64,000 nucleotides of DNA from the NCBI RefSeq assembly GCF_055900595.2, contig NZ_CM148325.1. One strand, written 5' to 3'. The stretch's first letter is position 1; each line of letters starts with the position of its first letter. Below, piece after piece: positions 31,259 through 42,234 of the stretch. Below the pieces are notes generated by a model. The model was not told the DNA's origin, ran no database searches, and was given only the letters and a program-made list of their open reading frames with translations. The position numbers and the translations under genes were made by a program.

Positions 31259-31858
31259 ATGTCAAAATTGCGCACGCCGTCCCGCTATCTTTTCCGCTTG
31301 CCATCGCATGAAATTACTCCTTTTCGGGCAACGCTCTTTTTAATCTTGTTGATATGTGCCGCTCTGGCTGGCGTAAGTTGGCTGATTATTTCCTTTGTGC
31401 GTACGGGCAATACATTCATCTTCTGGTTAACACTTTTTATTGGGTATCTGATAGCTGCGGCGAAGCAGGAAAAAATCAAGCTCCTCAAGAAGTACCGAAT
31501 CATGGCAGATAAACGTCGGGTACGCTCCATTTGCCAGTTCGCCCGCGAATTTGACACCTACACCGTAGATACATGGGTGATTCGTGCGGTGTGGGATACC
31601 TTGCAAGGAAACGGCTATATCGATTACCCACTGCCACTGAAAGCCGATGATATACTGGACGATGATCTGGATTTGGTGCGCGACGCAGTCGAGTTAGAAG
31701 AGCTGGTTGAAGATACCGCTGCTCGTTGCGGGCGCGATCTATGCGGAATAGAAGAGAATCCGTTTCTTCCCATCGTCACGGTAGGCTCTCTTGTAAGAGT
31801 TTTAAACGCGCAACCGATGACCCAGGAGCGACGTAACCAGTTCTTTATTCGGTCATAA
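31259..31858 (+). CDS. Hypothetical membrane-anchored protein (two predicted transmembrane helices and an acidic cytoplasmic domain); function unknown
   Basis: 199-codon ORF starting 7 nt after the hemY terminator T-tract, with its stop (TAA, 31856-31858) overlapping the 3' end of GlmZ on the opposite strand. N-terminus TLFLILLICAALAGVSWLIISFV / FIFWLTLFIGYLIAAA; C-terminal acidic stretch DDILDDDLDLVRDAVELEELVED. Ordinary codon usage by eye. No convincing Shine-Dalgarno (only AGG abutting the ATG). I do not recognise the protein. Confidence 0.5.
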   Translation: MSKLRTPSRYLFRLPSHEITPFRATLFLILLICAALAGVSWLIISFVRTGNTFIFWLTLFIGYLIAAAKQEKIKLLKKYRIMADKRRVRSICQFAREFDTYTVDTWVIRAVWDTLQGNGYIDYPLPLKADDILDDDLDLVRDAVELEELVEDTAARCGRDLCGIEENPFLPIVTVGSLVRVLNAQPMTQERRNQFFIRS

Positions 31859-32063
31859 AAAAACGCCTGCTCTTATTACGGAGCAGGCGTTAAAACAGGT
31901 CTGTATGACAACAAGTGGGTGCTTCACTCAACGTTGTGTCCATGGTGTCTGATGAGGCATAAGCGACATCTGTCAGTGGACGATAAGCACCGTAAACGGC
32001 TCTGCGTCATTCCGGAGTTTATGAGGCACTAAGGCGAACATAAGAGATGGAATGAGCATCTAC
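31857..32063 (-). ncRNA. glmZ: Small regulatory RNA GlmZ (activator of glmS translation)
   Basis: Reverse complement of 31857-32063 reads GTAGATGCTCATTCCATCTCTTATGTTCGCC...AACGCCTGCTCCGTAATAAGAGCAGGCGTTTTTTT, matching GlmZ (207 nt) including its 3' terminator hairpin and U-tract. Lies between hemY and aslA as expected. Confidence 0.9.
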
Positions 32064-32487
32064 TCGTTTAGTATGCCACAGAGAACCGGGAAATAACATC
32101 CCTTAACACTTGTTATGAGATAATTCTGTAATCCTCTTTGCTTCCTGAGTAATAACTTCCTGAGTGAATATTTCTCCTGCGCACGATTCTACACATATAT
32201 ATAATGAATAATAAAAGTCATTCAATTAATAATATATATATTAATTGCCATTAAAACTAAAAACAGCATCAATAATCAACGCGATATAACATCACCGCCT
32301 TACATATCACCTGCGCCAGAGGTAGGATTGAAAACGCTCTCCTGATTTTCAAATTCATTATCTGGATAAATAAATAATTTATTTTCATCACTATTATTTA
32401 TGCAATCATCCTGTCAGGGAGAGGGATCTCAATTATCAATGCTTAATTACGTCAACATTTTGACGACATGAAACCGGAGCATTTTGC

Positions 32488-34143
32488 ATGGAATTTTCGT
32501 TTTCACCCAAACTTCTTGTTGTGGCTGTCGCCGCCGCTCTTCCACTCATGGCCAGCGCAGCAGATACCCCGTCAACCGCCACCGCACGCAAAGGCTTTGC
32601 CGGATACGATCACCCAAACCAGTATCTGGTTAAACCGGCGACCACTATTGCCGACAACATGATGCCGGTGATGCAGCATCCTGCACAAGACAAAGAAACC
32701 CAGCAGAAGCTGGCGGAATTAGAGAAAAAGACCGGTAAGAAACCGAACGTGGTTGTTTTCTTGCTGGATGATGTGGGCTGGATGGACGTTGGCTTTAACG
32801 GCGGCGGCGTGGCGGTGGGTAACCCTACACCAGATATCGACGCCGTTGCCAGCCAGGGGCTGATTTTAACTTCGGCGTATTCTCAACCGAGTTCTTCCCC
32901 AACCCGCGCCACGATTCTCACCGGACAATACTCCATCCACCACGGCATTCTGATGCCGCCAATGTACGGGCAACCGGGCGGTCTGCAAGGGTTAACCACT
33001 CTGCCGCAGTTGCTGCACGATCAGGGCTACGTCACCCAGGCCATCGGGAAATGGCATATGGGGGAAAACAAAGAGTCGCAGCCGCAGAACGTTGGCTTTG
33101 ATGATTTCCGCGGCTTTAACTCGGTATCCGATATGTATACCGAATGGCGTGATGTTCATGTCAACCCGGAAGTCGCCCTGAGCCCGGATCGTTCTGAATA
33201 CATCCAAAAACTGCCGTTCAGCAAAGATGACGTTCATGCCGTGCGCGGCGGTGAACAGGAAGCCATTGCCGACATTACGCCGAAATATATGGAAGACCTG
33301 GATCAACGCTGGATGGAATATGGCGTTAAGTTCCTCGACAAGATGGCGAAGAGCGATAAGCCTTTCTTCCTCTACTACGGCACTCGCGGCTGTCACTTCG
33401 ATAACTACCCAAATGCGAAATATGCGGGTAGCTCTCCGGCGCGCACCTCTTACGGCGACTGCATGGTGGAGATGAACGATATCTTCGCCAATCTGTATAA
33501 AGCACTGGAGAAAAACGGTCAGCTTGATAACACGCTGATTGTGTTCACCTCTGATAACGGTCCGGAAGCTGAAGTTCCGCCGCACGGTCGCACGCCGTTC
33601 CGCGGTGCGAAAGGTTCTACATGGGAAGGCGGCGTTCGTGTGCCAACCTTCGTTTACTGGAAAGGGATGATCCAACCGCGTAAATCTGACGGTATTGTCG
33701 ATCTGGCGGATCTCTTCCCTACGGCGCTGGATCTGGCAGGACATCCTGGAGCGAAAGTGGCGAATTTAGTGCCGAAAACCACCTTTATTGATGGTGTGGA
33801 CCAGACATCTTTCTTCCTGGGAACAAATGGTCAGTCTAACCGTAAGGCCGAGCACTACTTCCTCAACGGCAAACTTTCTGCTGTGCGTATGGATGAGTTT
33901 AAATATCACGTACTCATCCAACAGCCATACGCTTATACCCAGAGCGGGTATCAGGGTGGATTCACCGGCACAGTAATGCAAACGGCGGGATCGTCGGTGT
34001 TTAACCTGTACACCGATCCGCAGGAAAGCGACTCTATCGGCGTGCGCCATATCCCAATGGGTGTACCGCTACAGACCGAAATGCACGCGTATATGGAGAT
34101 CCTGAAAAAATATCCGCCGCGCGCGCAGATTAAATCTGATTAA
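32488..34143 (+). CDS. aslA: Arylsulfatase-like protein AslA (Ser-type sulfatase)
   Basis: 551-aa ORF with a signal peptide ([27 protein letters not shown]) and the sulfatase signature around [15 protein letters not shown] (S-x-P-x-R). Convergent with aslB. Confidence 0.95.
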   Translation: MEFSFSPKLLVVAVAAALPLMASAADTPSTATARKGFAGYDHPNQYLVKPATTIADNMMPVMQHPAQDKETQQKLAELEKKTGKKPNVVVFLLDDVGWMDVGFNGGGVAVGNPTPDIDAVASQGLILTSAYSQPSSSPTRATILTGQYSIHHGILMPPMYGQPGGLQGLTTLPQLLHDQGYVTQAIGKWHMGENKESQPQNVGFDDFRGFNSVSDMYTEWRDVHVNPEVALSPDRSEYIQKLPFSKDDVHAVRGGEQEAIADITPKYMEDLDQRWMEYGVKFLDKMAKSDKPFFLYYGTRGCHFDNYPNAKYAGSSPARTSYGDCMVEMNDIFANLYKALEKNGQLDNTLIVFTSDNGPEAEVPPHGRTPFRGAKGSTWEGGVRVPTFVYWKGMIQPRKSDGIVDLADLFPTALDLAGHPGAKVANLVPKTTFIDGVDQTSFFLGTNGQSNRKAEHYFLNGKLSAVRMDEFKYHVLIQQPYAYTQSGYQGGFTGTVMQTAGSSVFNLYTDPQESDSIGVRHIPMGVPLQTEMHAYMEILKKYPPRAQIKSD

Positions 34144-34179
34144 GCCGGCGCTATCGCTACATCGGGCCACACTGACCTT

Positions 34180-34282
34180 GCCGGATGCGGCGTGAACGCC
34201 TTATCCGGCCTACAAGCCTTGCAAATTCAATAAATTGCAGCGTCCTGTAGGCCGGATAAGATGCGTCAGCATCGCATCCGGC
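34180..34282. repeat. BIME: two inverted REP elements between aslA and aslB
   Basis: GCCGGATGCGGCGTGAACGCCTTATCCGGCCTAC (34180-34213) and the inverted GTAGGCCGGATAAGATGCGTCAGCATCGCATCCGGC (34247-34282). Confidence 0.8.
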
Positions 34283-34317
34283 AATCAACCGCAGGCGGCC
34301 ACAAAATGGCTGCTTTT

Positions 34318-35553
34318 TTACTTATTCACCACCATCAAATGCGCCTGCATAATGTCGCTGGCCGGGCGACCGTGCGCCAGCAAATCAGCCATTGCTTTAA
34401 GATATGGCGGTAGATAGCGGAAATAACGCTGATACCCGGCACACAAATAATTCAGCCCCGGCTTACCGCTGGCATCGAGCATAAAGCGGTGTTTCGGGCA
34501 GCCTCCCCAACATGCTTTTAACACGTTACAACTGCGACACTGCGCCGGTAACTGCTTAAATTTATCTTCTCCAAACACCTGCTGCTGCGGGGAATCTAAC
34601 ATTTCTGCAATTGTTTGCTGAAGCATATTCCCTAGTCGATACTGGGGATAAACATAGTGATCGCAGGCATAAACGTCACCGTTGTGCTCAACAATCACCG
34701 AGCGTCCACAGGTCGGCTGATGATGGCAAACCGCGCCCGGTGCGCCAACAAAATTGGCGAACGCCCATTCGATATTCATTACGAAAATCTTACCGACGTC
34801 GCGCTTAATCCAGTGGTCGAAAATCGCCACCAGAAACTCACCGAACTCATCGGGGCGCACCGACCATTCTGTCAGTTCCCCCTGAATATCACCAGGCGCA
34901 TGTAATTTCAGTCCATTGCGGGCAGCTGTTTCATCAGCCAGGCGCTCCACCACCGGAATAAACTGGATGAACTCCACGCCTGCATTGCACAAAAAATCAT
35001 AAACCTGTAACGGTTGCTGCGCGCTGGTGCGGTTGACACAGACCAGCACGTTATAGTCGACATGATGTTTTTGCAGGAGCGTCAGGGCACGCATCACCAG
35101 CTTATGCGTGGGTCTGCCACCTTTGGTCACGCGATATTGATTGTGGATCTCAGCCGGACCGTCCAGCGATAACCCAACAAGAAAATGATTTTCTGCCAGA
35201 AATGCACACCACTCATCATCAAGCAGCACACCGTTAGTCTGGAAGCTGTTACTTACCTTCCTACCAGCACCATATTTCGCCTGTAGCGCCACGGCACGGC
35301 GGTAAAAATCCAGCCCGAGTAACGTTGGTTCGCCGCCCTGCCAGGTAAAAGCCACTTCGTTTTGGGGTTCGCTGGCAGCGATATAGTGACGGACATACGC
35401 TTCCAGCGTGTCATCGTCCATATGCGCAACTGGCTTTTCGCGGTAAAGGGATTGTTTTTCGAGATAAAAACAGTAGTCACAGTTCAGATTACAATCGGAA
35501 CCGCTTGGTTTCGCCATCACATGAAAAGCACGCGTTGGAACCTGTTGCAGCAT
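34318..35553 (-). CDS. aslB: Anaerobic sulfatase-maturating enzyme homologue AslB (radical SAM)
   Basis: Track ORF trimmed to the ATG at 35551-35553 (MLQQVPTRAFHVMAKPSGSDCNLNCDYCFYLEK...). The CxxxCxxC radical-SAM motif is CNLNCDYC. Confidence 0.9.
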   Translation of the reverse strand: MLQQVPTRAFHVMAKPSGSDCNLNCDYCFYLEKQSLYREKPVAHMDDDTLEAYVRHYIAASEPQNEVAFTWQGGEPTLLGLDFYRRAVALQAKYGAGRKVSNSFQTNGVLLDDEWCAFLAENHFLVGLSLDGPAEIHNQYRVTKGGRPTHKLVMRALTLLQKHHVDYNVLVCVNRTSAQQPLQVYDFLCNAGVEFIQFIPVVERLADETAARNGLKLHAPGDIQGELTEWSVRPDEFGEFLVAIFDHWIKRDVGKIFVMNIEWAFANFVGAPGAVCHHQPTCGRSVIVEHNGDVYACDHYVYPQYRLGNMLQQTIAEMLDSPQQQVFGEDKFKQLPAQCRSCNVLKACWGGCPKHRFMLDASGKPGLNYLCAGYQRYFRYLPPYLKAMADLLAHGRPASDIMQAHLMVVNK

Positions 35554-35664
35554 GGTCGCTCCTTGCCTGAAGTCATCCTTCAATACGTTAAGGGCGAAAT
35601 CATACCGTGTAGCAATGAGTGACTACGGGCGTTTATTGCGAAGGGAGAGTGATGAAATGCACAG

Positions 35665-35693
35665 AAAACAAAAAACCCCGCCGAAGCGGGGTT
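35665..35693 (-). terminator. Rho-independent terminator of the argX-hisR-leuT-proM tRNA operon
   Basis: Minus strand reads CCCCGC–TTCG–GCGGGG followed by TTTTTTGTTTT, directly 3' of proM. Confidence 0.75.
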
Positions 35694-35699
35694 CAAAAT

Positions 35700-35776
35700 T
35701 GGTCGGCGAGAGAGGATTCGAACCTCCGACCCACTGGTCCCAAACCAGTTGCGCTACCAAGCTGCGCTACTCGCCG
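35700..35776 (-). tRNA. proM: tRNA-Pro
   Basis: Reverse complement is CGGCGAGTAGCGCAGCTTGGTAGCGCAACTGGTTTGGGACCAGTGGGTCGGAGGTTCGAATCCTCTCTCGCCGACCA (77 nt, CCA encoded). Confidence 0.97.
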
Positions 35777-35818
35777 AAATACTGCTTTTTGAATTTTTAG
35801 TTCAATTTTTTAAAGTCG

Positions 35819-35905
35819 TGGTGCGAGGGGGGGGACTTGAACCCCCACGTCCGTAAGGACACTAACACCTGAAGCTAGCGCGTCTACCAATTCCGCCACC
35901 TTCGC
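35819..35905 (-). tRNA. leuT: tRNA-Leu (CAG)
   Basis: Reverse complement is GCGAAGGTGGCGGAATTGGTAGACGCGCTAGCTTCAGGTGTTAGTGTCCTTACGGACGTGGGGGTTCAAGTCCCCCCCCTCGCACCA (87 nt, long variable arm). Confidence 0.97.
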
Positions 35906-35925
35906 ATTGTCACAACTTCTAATAA

Positions 35926-36002
35926 TGGGGTGGCTAATGGGATTCGAACCCACGACAACTGGAATCACAATCCAGGGCTCTACCAACTGAGCTATAGCCA
36001 CC
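35926..36002 (-). tRNA. hisR: tRNA-His (GUG)
   Basis: Reverse complement is GGTGGCTATAGCTCAGTTGGTAGAGCCCTGGATTGTGATTCCAGTTGTCGTGGGTTCGAATCCCATTAGCCACCCCA (77 nt). Confidence 0.97.
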
Positions 36003-36059
36003 ACTACAAATCTTGTTACGCGGTATTACTACCACCGCAGCTCAAGCGCCGGGACTAAA

Positions 36060-36136
<77 letters not shown>

Positions 36137-36157
36137 TTAGCGCCGTTGCGGGGGTGG

Positions 36158-36186
36158 ATAATACGGACTTCCCACCCCTCTGTCTA
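36158..36186 (-). promoter_or_regulatory. Candidate sigma-70 promoter of the argX tRNA operon
   Basis: Minus strand has TAGACA (-35), a 17-bp spacer and TATTAT (-10), followed by the GC-rich discriminator CCACCCCCGC typical of stringently controlled stable-RNA promoters; an AT-rich UP-like tract lies upstream. Not experimentally verified here. Confidence 0.55.
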
Positions 36187-36238
36187 GTCCCTTTTTAAAT
36201 AAATTGCGCGTTTGGTTACGGTTTGTGCGTTTTGCTGC

Positions 36239-37624
36239 TTATTCCTCCAGTTTATGCGCTTTACCGTGGCGATTAAGCCCAAAAACTTTATAAATTGCCG
36301 TCACCGCCAGCATAAAGATGATACCGACAAACAGCGACATACGCGTATCTTCATTAAAGTACATGCCGATCAAAACGCAAATCAGGAATGCCATTGTTAC
36401 GTAGTTGGCCCACGGGAACAGGATTGAGCGGAACGGATGGCTGGCAATCGCCGCTTTGTGCGCTCGACGAAAACGCAACTGGCTAATCAAAATCACAAAC
36501 CATGGCACCATCCCCGGAAGCACGCTGGCACTGTAGACATAGACAAACACACGCTGTGGATTGGGAATGATGTAGTTCAGGCATGAGCCAATTAACAGAA
36601 TAGCAATTGATACCGCCACGCCTGCAACCGGAACACCTTGACGGGAAACTTTCGCCATTGCCGCCGGTAACTGACGGTTTTTCGCCAGTGCGTAGAGCAT
36701 ACGTCCACAACTGTACATGCCGCTGTTACAGCCAGAGAGCGCAGCCGTCAGTACCACAAAGTTGATAATACCCGCCGCTGCAGTAATGCCGATTTTGGCG
36801 AAAGTCAGTACGAACGGGCTGCCGTTACTGCCTATTTCATTCCACGGGAAGATGGTGACGATAACGAAAATCGCGCCTACGTAGAAAATCAGGATACGCC
36901 ACAGCACCTTGCCTACGGCACTGCGCAGCGTCACCTGCGGATTCTTCGCTTCACCGGCAGTAATGCCAATCAGCTCCACGCCCTGGTAGGACGCCACCAC
37001 AATACACAATGCGGTCAGGAACCCTTTCCAGCCACCCGCAAAGAAACCGCCATGCTCTGTGAGATTGCTAAAACCAATCGACTGCCCGCCATTGCCAAAG
37101 CCAAAGAAAATCACGCCCAGGCCAATAACAATCATCACGATAATCGTGGTGACTTTGATCATCGCGAACCAGAACTCGATTTCGCCGTACAACCGCACTG
37201 CCGCCAGATTCGCCAGCGCCACCAGCGCCACCGCGATCAATGCGGGTATCCACTGCGCCATCTCCGGGAACCAGAACTGGACATAAACGCCAATGGCGGT
37301 GATTTCTGAGATCCCCACCGCCATCCACATAAACCAGTAAGACCAGGCGGTGAGATAGCCAAAAAACGGGCTCATATAACGATGCGCATAAACGGCGAAC
37401 GAACCGGTAACCGGTTCGAGGAACAACATTTCGCCCATTGAACGCATGATGAAAAAGACAAACAGCCCGGCGATGATATAGGCCAACAATACGGATGGCC
37501 CGGCCCATTTCAGGGTACTGGCGGCCCCCATAAACAGGCCGACGCCAATGGTGCCCCCCAGGGCGATGAGTTCGATATGTCGAGCTTCCAGCCCACGCTG
37601 TAGCTCTGGTTTGTTATCTGCCAT
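36239..37624 (-). CDS. yifK: APC-family amino-acid permease YifK (Thr/Ser transporter)
   Basis: 461-aa polytopic [39 protein letters not shown]... matching YifK. Confidence 0.95.
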   Translation of the reverse strand: MADNKPELQRGLEARHIELIALGGTIGVGLFMGAASTLKWAGPSVLLAYIIAGLFVFFIMRSMGEMLFLEPVTGSFAVYAHRYMSPFFGYLTAWSYWFMWMAVGISEITAIGVYVQFWFPEMAQWIPALIAVALVALANLAAVRLYGEIEFWFAMIKVTTIIVMIVIGLGVIFFGFGNGGQSIGFSNLTEHGGFFAGGWKGFLTALCIVVASYQGVELIGITAGEAKNPQVTLRSAVGKVLWRILIFYVGAIFVIVTIFPWNEIGSNGSPFVLTFAKIGITAAAGIINFVVLTAALSGCNSGMYSCGRMLYALAKNRQLPAAMAKVSRQGVPVAGVAVSIAILLIGSCLNYIIPNPQRVFVYVYSASVLPGMVPWFVILISQLRFRRAHKAAIASHPFRSILFPWANYVTMAFLICVLIGMYFNEDTRMSLFVGIIFMLAVTAIYKVFGLNRHGKAHKLEE

Positions 37625-37814
37625 AAATCCTCGTGTTGTGTTTGCATGCTTTCCGGTGTTACCGGTTATCGTTATGGGTACATCGAGTGTTGCGAATGTT
37701 TTCGTAATTCAGGAGAAATGGCAAATAAAGCATTAAAAATTTGAATGCTTTGTGTAATAAAAAGACAGGCAGGCGACGAAGTGACCACTCCGTCGCTTTA
37801 CAGAGAGAGGAAAA

Positions 37815-38555
37815 TCAGAGGTTGCCGGTGTAATACCAGCGTAAATAACGCAGCAAACGAAGCTGACGCTTAATGCGGCTCGGCTGCGAAAGCAGGCGGT
37901 AGAGCCACTCCAGCCCCAGCGTTTGCCAGATTTTCGGTGCGCGTTTCACGTGACCGGTGAAAACATCGTAAGTCCCGCCAACGCCCATATACAGCGCATC
38001 CGGATGCACCAGACGGCAGTCGCGCATGAAGATCTCCTGCTTTGGCGATCCCATCGCAACGGTGACGATTTGCGCTCCGCTGGCATGAATGCGTTCAAAC
38101 AGCGCCTGACGCTGCTCGGGTTTAAAATAACCATCCTGACTGCCAACGATATTCACATTCCACTGATTGCGCAGTTTAGCTTCAGTTTGCGCCAGCACTT
38201 CAGGTTTACCGCCCACAAGAAATACCGGCGTCCCTTCTTTGCCTGCGCGCGCCATCAGCTCTTCCCAGAGATCGGCCCCGGCAACGCGGGAAACCTGCGC
38301 CTGCGGGTACTTTTTACGTACTGAACGTACAACGCTGATGCCATCAGCATATTTAAATTCGGCAGCATTAATTAACTCCCTGACCTCGGCGTTATCTTCA
38401 ATGGTCAGCATTTTTTCGGCATTAATGGCAACCAGCGTTCCCTGCTTAAGCTGCCCGTCAGCAAACAGATAATCGAGGGCGTGCTGCATATCACGCCAAC
38501 CAATCAACTGTAAGCCACGCAGCGTATAGGTCGGTGCTGTGGTGTTGTTATTCAT
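37815..38555 (-). CDS. wecG: UDP-ManNAcA transferase (ECA biosynthesis)
   Basis: 246-aa [34 protein letters not shown]..., WecB/TagA/CpsF glycosyltransferase family, the last gene of the wec cluster. Confidence 0.9.
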   Translation of the reverse strand: MNNNTTAPTYTLRGLQLIGWRDMQHALDYLFADGQLKQGTLVAINAEKMLTIEDNAEVRELINAAEFKYADGISVVRSVRKKYPQAQVSRVAGADLWEELMARAGKEGTPVFLVGGKPEVLAQTEAKLRNQWNVNIVGSQDGYFKPEQRQALFERIHASGAQIVTVAMGSPKQEIFMRDCRLVHPDALYMGVGGTYDVFTGHVKRAPKIWQTLGLEWLYRLLSQPSRIKRQLRLLRYLRWYYTGNL

Positions 38556-38557
38556 TG

Positions 38558-39910
38558 TTATCCTTCAACCTGCGTCCGGAGCGATGATTTTGTACGTTTA
38601 TGAATGAGTCCGGCGCTTTCAAAAAGCCAGTACAACAGTTTTGCGATCATCAGACATGCGCCGAAGACCACGATAAAAAAGACCACGCGTGAGACAAACG
38701 AATCCAGCCCTTCACGCGCCAGTACGACCATATTGAAGATCGCCCCGAAGCAGAAACTGTGCAATATCGCAGCCTTATAGCGATTAGTTTCGCGATTGCC
38801 CAGTTCATACAGCCAGTCGAACCATTTGATGATCAGTCCAACCACAATCGCCCCGAGTGGGATGAACAACGCGCCGCCCATAACAACCAGTGAGCCTATA
38901 AGCGTAGGCGAGATCGCCAGCCCGGAGTGGTTATTCAGCACTTCCCAGGTAAAGTAGTTGGCGGAGTTCAGTACCATACTCGGGCGACCCGGCCACAGCC
39001 AGGAAGGGATAAAGACATAGAAATCGCGGACAATGGGAGCCAGGCCCTGGAAGTCGATGTTGTCGTAGTTCTGCAACAGCAACGCCAGATTCTCCCACGG
39101 CGAGAAGGTGTCGCGAGTGAGATAGAGAAACGTATAGAACGCTTCATCGCCGCTCACATTCATTCCATAGCGTTTTAGCGCCAGCCAGAACATGCCCACA
39201 ATCCCCAGCACGCCCGCCGCCGCCAGCATCCACAACGAAATCCAGCCGCGAATAATGCCAATAAACAGGAAGATAGCAAATGCGATGATAATATTGGCGC
39301 GAGTGCCGCCGACAATCATGTAAGTCAGCAAGCCAAAGGCGACCGTGCTGACGAGGAAAAACAGCCACGCTTTGCTGTCCTGGCGCAGAAAGTAGACCAC
39401 CAGCATTGCTGGGATGAAAAAGTAAAAGAAGCGCTTTAACGCCACGCCGGAGACTTCACTGGAGAAGATCTGACTGTAGGAGTTAAGACGGAACAGCAAA
39501 AAACCGTTGTGCATGAAGAAGATGCCGACGCTTACCAACGCAATGCCCATCAGGATCACCCACGTGAGATTGGTCTCCACGCGGTTCATGGTAAACAGCG
39601 GACGGCGCGGTACATCAGCAACGCGTTTGCGTAGGCGGGTTTTGTAGGTGACATAGTAAACCGCGTAGAAGCAGCCCGCAGAAAGCAACGCCTGCAACAA
39701 GATTTCTGGCGGCGCAACACCAACATCAAAGCGAAATACCAGCACGCTGGTCAGCGGAAAGCCGAAGAAAAAGGTGAGCAAAAACAGCAATGAAAAGAAG
39801 ACATTGAAGTTAAAGCGCACACGGCGAAACTCAAACCAGGTCAGCGTGGCAATAAACAACGTGCAGAGCAGCCAGACAACAAACAGGCCACTGAATTGCA
39901 GCAGACTCAT
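38558..39910 (-). CDS. wzyE: ECA polysaccharide polymerase
   Basis: 450-aa polytopic membrane ORF in the wzyE position of the cluster. Confidence 0.9.
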   Translation of the reverse strand: MSLLQFSGLFVVWLLCTLFIATLTWFEFRRVRFNFNVFFSLLFLLTFFFGFPLTSVLVFRFDVGVAPPEILLQALLSAGCFYAVYYVTYKTRLRKRVADVPRRPLFTMNRVETNLTWVILMGIALVSVGIFFMHNGFLLFRLNSYSQIFSSEVSGVALKRFFYFFIPAMLVVYFLRQDSKAWLFFLVSTVAFGLLTYMIVGGTRANIIIAFAIFLFIGIIRGWISLWMLAAAGVLGIVGMFWLALKRYGMNVSGDEAFYTFLYLTRDTFSPWENLALLLQNYDNIDFQGLAPIVRDFYVFIPSWLWPGRPSMVLNSANYFTWEVLNNHSGLAISPTLIGSLVVMGGALFIPLGAIVVGLIIKWFDWLYELGNRETNRYKAAILHSFCFGAIFNMVVLAREGLDSFVSRVVFFIVVFGACLMIAKLLYWLFESAGLIHKRTKSSLRTQVEG

Positions 39911-40986
39911 GCGACCTCCCCGGCGGCAATCGCCAATGCCCGCTGCCAGCCTTGCAGATAGTTCGGGCTAAAGAAGGCAATGGTGTTTTTATCCACCGAC
40001 GCCAGCTGGCGCTGCGCTTCACGCACAATATCCTCGTTGAGATCGTCGGTAGTAAACAGCACCGGCAAATGCTGTTCCGTCATATCCTGCCAGAACGGAT
40101 TTTCCCGGTTAAGCACACAAGGAATACCCGCCTGAATAAGTAAGCACAGCGTACCAATGCCCTGCTGGCGGGCAAAAATAAAGTAACCGAGATCGCACTG
40201 ACGAAGTAGCGTCAGATAGGCGTCAAATTCCAGTTTTTCGCTCAGAACTTGCAGATTTTCTTCGCTGAATAACGCCAGCCCCGCCTGACGAACTTCCTCG
40301 ATGTACGCTTCGTTATTAGGCGGATATCCCATCGGTACAACCACTTTTACAGTATCGCCAAATTGCTGATGAACGGCGCGTAAGGCGGCGACATGCTCAT
40401 TGCTGCGGTCGCCGGAGTTCCCCACCAGAATGGTCATTTTCCCTTCACGTTGGCGATCGTTCGCCATCGTATTGAGAGAAGGGTCCATCCGCGTCGGGAA
40501 GTACAGCAGTTCGCCCCGCACCTTTGGATGCGTTTTGGCAAAAAAACTCAAATCACCGCGGGTGGCAAATACACAGCCGACTCGCTTTTGCGCCAGGCGA
40601 CGCAACGGGTAAAAAAGCTTATATCTCAAGCCACTGGAAAGCTCATACAGGTCTGCCCCCCAGATATGCCAGAAAAACTGGCTGGGCTTAATGCCACCAC
40701 TCAGCAGAGCCAGCCACAGTTTGGGATTGAACTGACCGTGGAAAAAAAATCGCTGCTGACGGTTAGCTTTTGCTTTCGCGATGACCGCTTCCGCCAGCGA
40801 TTTTTTCCCAGGGAAAAATTGCACAGAAAGCGCCGGACAGCTATCACTTAAGCCGTCGTCCTTGCCAACAACCATAAACTCGCGCGCATGCTCGCTCGTC
40901 GCGGCCAGCACGTCGTTGAAAAACCGCAAAACGGTTTGGTTATGGTGAGGGATATCCGATCCCAGTACGTGAATCAGTACAGTCAT
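39907..40986 (-). CDS. wecF: TDP-Fuc4NAc:lipid II Fuc4NAc transferase
   Basis: 359-aa [36 protein letters not shown]... in the conserved position between wzxE and wzyE. Confidence 0.9.
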   Translation of the reverse strand: MTVLIHVLGSDIPHHNQTVLRFFNDVLAATSEHAREFMVVGKDDGLSDSCPALSVQFFPGKKSLAEAVIAKAKANRQQRFFFHGQFNPKLWLALLSGGIKPSQFFWHIWGADLYELSSGLRYKLFYPLRRLAQKRVGCVFATRGDLSFFAKTHPKVRGELLYFPTRMDPSLNTMANDRQREGKMTILVGNSGDRSNEHVAALRAVHQQFGDTVKVVVPMGYPPNNEAYIEEVRQAGLALFSEENLQVLSEKLEFDAYLTLLRQCDLGYFIFARQQGIGTLCLLIQAGIPCVLNRENPFWQDMTEQHLPVLFTTDDLNEDIVREAQRQLASVDKNTIAFFSPNYLQGWQRALAIAAGEVA

Positions 40987-42233
40987 GCCCGCCTACGCCA
41001 GAGTAAAAACACGCCACAACAAAGAGAAAAATAGACGATATAGGTTGCCATATAGGCCTGCGCCGCGCCCAGTGCACCATGCGCAGGGATTAGCCAGTGG
41101 GCAAATACCATCAATAAAGTGAACTGGCTGACTTCCGCCAGAATATAAAACCGCAGTGACGCTTTGGCGATCACCAGATAACCAAAGACATAAGCGCCCA
41201 CTTTTAACACATCACCCACTAACTGCCAGGCAAAGAGATCGCGCATAGCGGTAAATTTATTCGACAACAGCAGCCAGATAGCAAAATCACGCAGCAACCA
41301 GACGGTAAAACTCGCCGCCGCCACTGCCGGTAAGACGAATTTCAGCGATTTAACCACTTCCCGGGTGATATCGCGCTTTTCCGTTAGCCGCGACAACGTG
41401 GGCAGTAAATATACGCTGAACGATGCCGTAATAAATTGCAGGTAGGCATCGGAAATACTGCTCACCCCTTGCCAGATACCCACTTCATCCCAGCTATACT
41501 GCGCCGCCAACAGTTTACGCATCATGATGTACGCAACGGGCAAGGTCACCGACGTAATCAACGCCATGAGCGTAAATTTGCTCAACTGCCCTGCCAGGCC
41601 GTTATCCCAGCAGGGTTTCAGATAGCTTAACGGGATGGCACCACGTTTGATCAACATGATGACGGCAGGAATCACCACCAACGCGGGAATCAGCGCCAGC
41701 CCCAGCAATGCCCCTTCATAACCGCCCAAACGGTAACTGACATAATAAGCAATTACGCCAATCAGGCTGCCGACAATCAGCGATAACGCATTACCTGCAG
41801 CATCGCGAAAGCCTTTCATCAGCGCCAGCAACAGGTTGCCCCAGGCGATCCCCATTTGCACCAGCGCCACTAAACGCACCAGCCCCACATAGTCGGTATT
41901 ACCAAACAATCCCTGGCTAATTGGCGCTGCCGCCAGCACAAAAACCAGCGCCATCAGCGTAGAGAAACCAAGCACCATCGCTGATGAAGTGCCGACCACG
42001 CGGCGCAGCTGCTGCGGATTATCATGGTACTGGGCAACGTATTTGGTTACGCCGTTAAAGATGCCTGCACCAGCAAGCACGCCGAGCACGGTAATCAACT
42101 GGCGGAAATTTGCCGCCAGCCCAAGCCCCGCAGGACCAAATGACACCGCCAGCAACTTACCGACTAGTAACCCGGCACCAATCTTGACCAGTGTACTGGC
42201 CGCCGTCCACAAGGACGCTTTTGCCAACGACAT
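40983..42233 (-). CDS. wzxE: ECA lipid III flippase
   Basis: 416-aa polytopic membrane ORF of the MOP/Wzx family, between wecE and wecF. Confidence 0.9.
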   Translation of the reverse strand: MSLAKASLWTAASTLVKIGAGLLVGKLLAVSFGPAGLGLAANFRQLITVLGVLAGAGIFNGVTKYVAQYHDNPQQLRRVVGTSSAMVLGFSTLMALVFVLAAAPISQGLFGNTDYVGLVRLVALVQMGIAWGNLLLALMKGFRDAAGNALSLIVGSLIGVIAYYVSYRLGGYEGALLGLALIPALVVIPAVIMLIKRGAIPLSYLKPCWDNGLAGQLSKFTLMALITSVTLPVAYIMMRKLLAAQYSWDEVGIWQGVSSISDAYLQFITASFSVYLLPTLSRLTEKRDITREVVKSLKFVLPAVAAASFTVWLLRDFAIWLLLSNKFTAMRDLFAWQLVGDVLKVGAYVFGYLVIAKASLRFYILAEVSQFTLLMVFAHWLIPAHGALGAAQAYMATYIVYFSLCCGVFLLWRRRA

Positions 42234-42234
42234 A

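Noticed and set aside
33766-34050. Minus-strand ORFs inside aslA (32992-33744, 33766-34050)
   Set aside because: Antisense to the aslA sulfatase gene; shadow ORFs.
37068-37508. 146-aa minus-strand ORF and plus-strand ORFs at 37052-37309
   Set aside because: Alternative frames within yifK; no supporting features.
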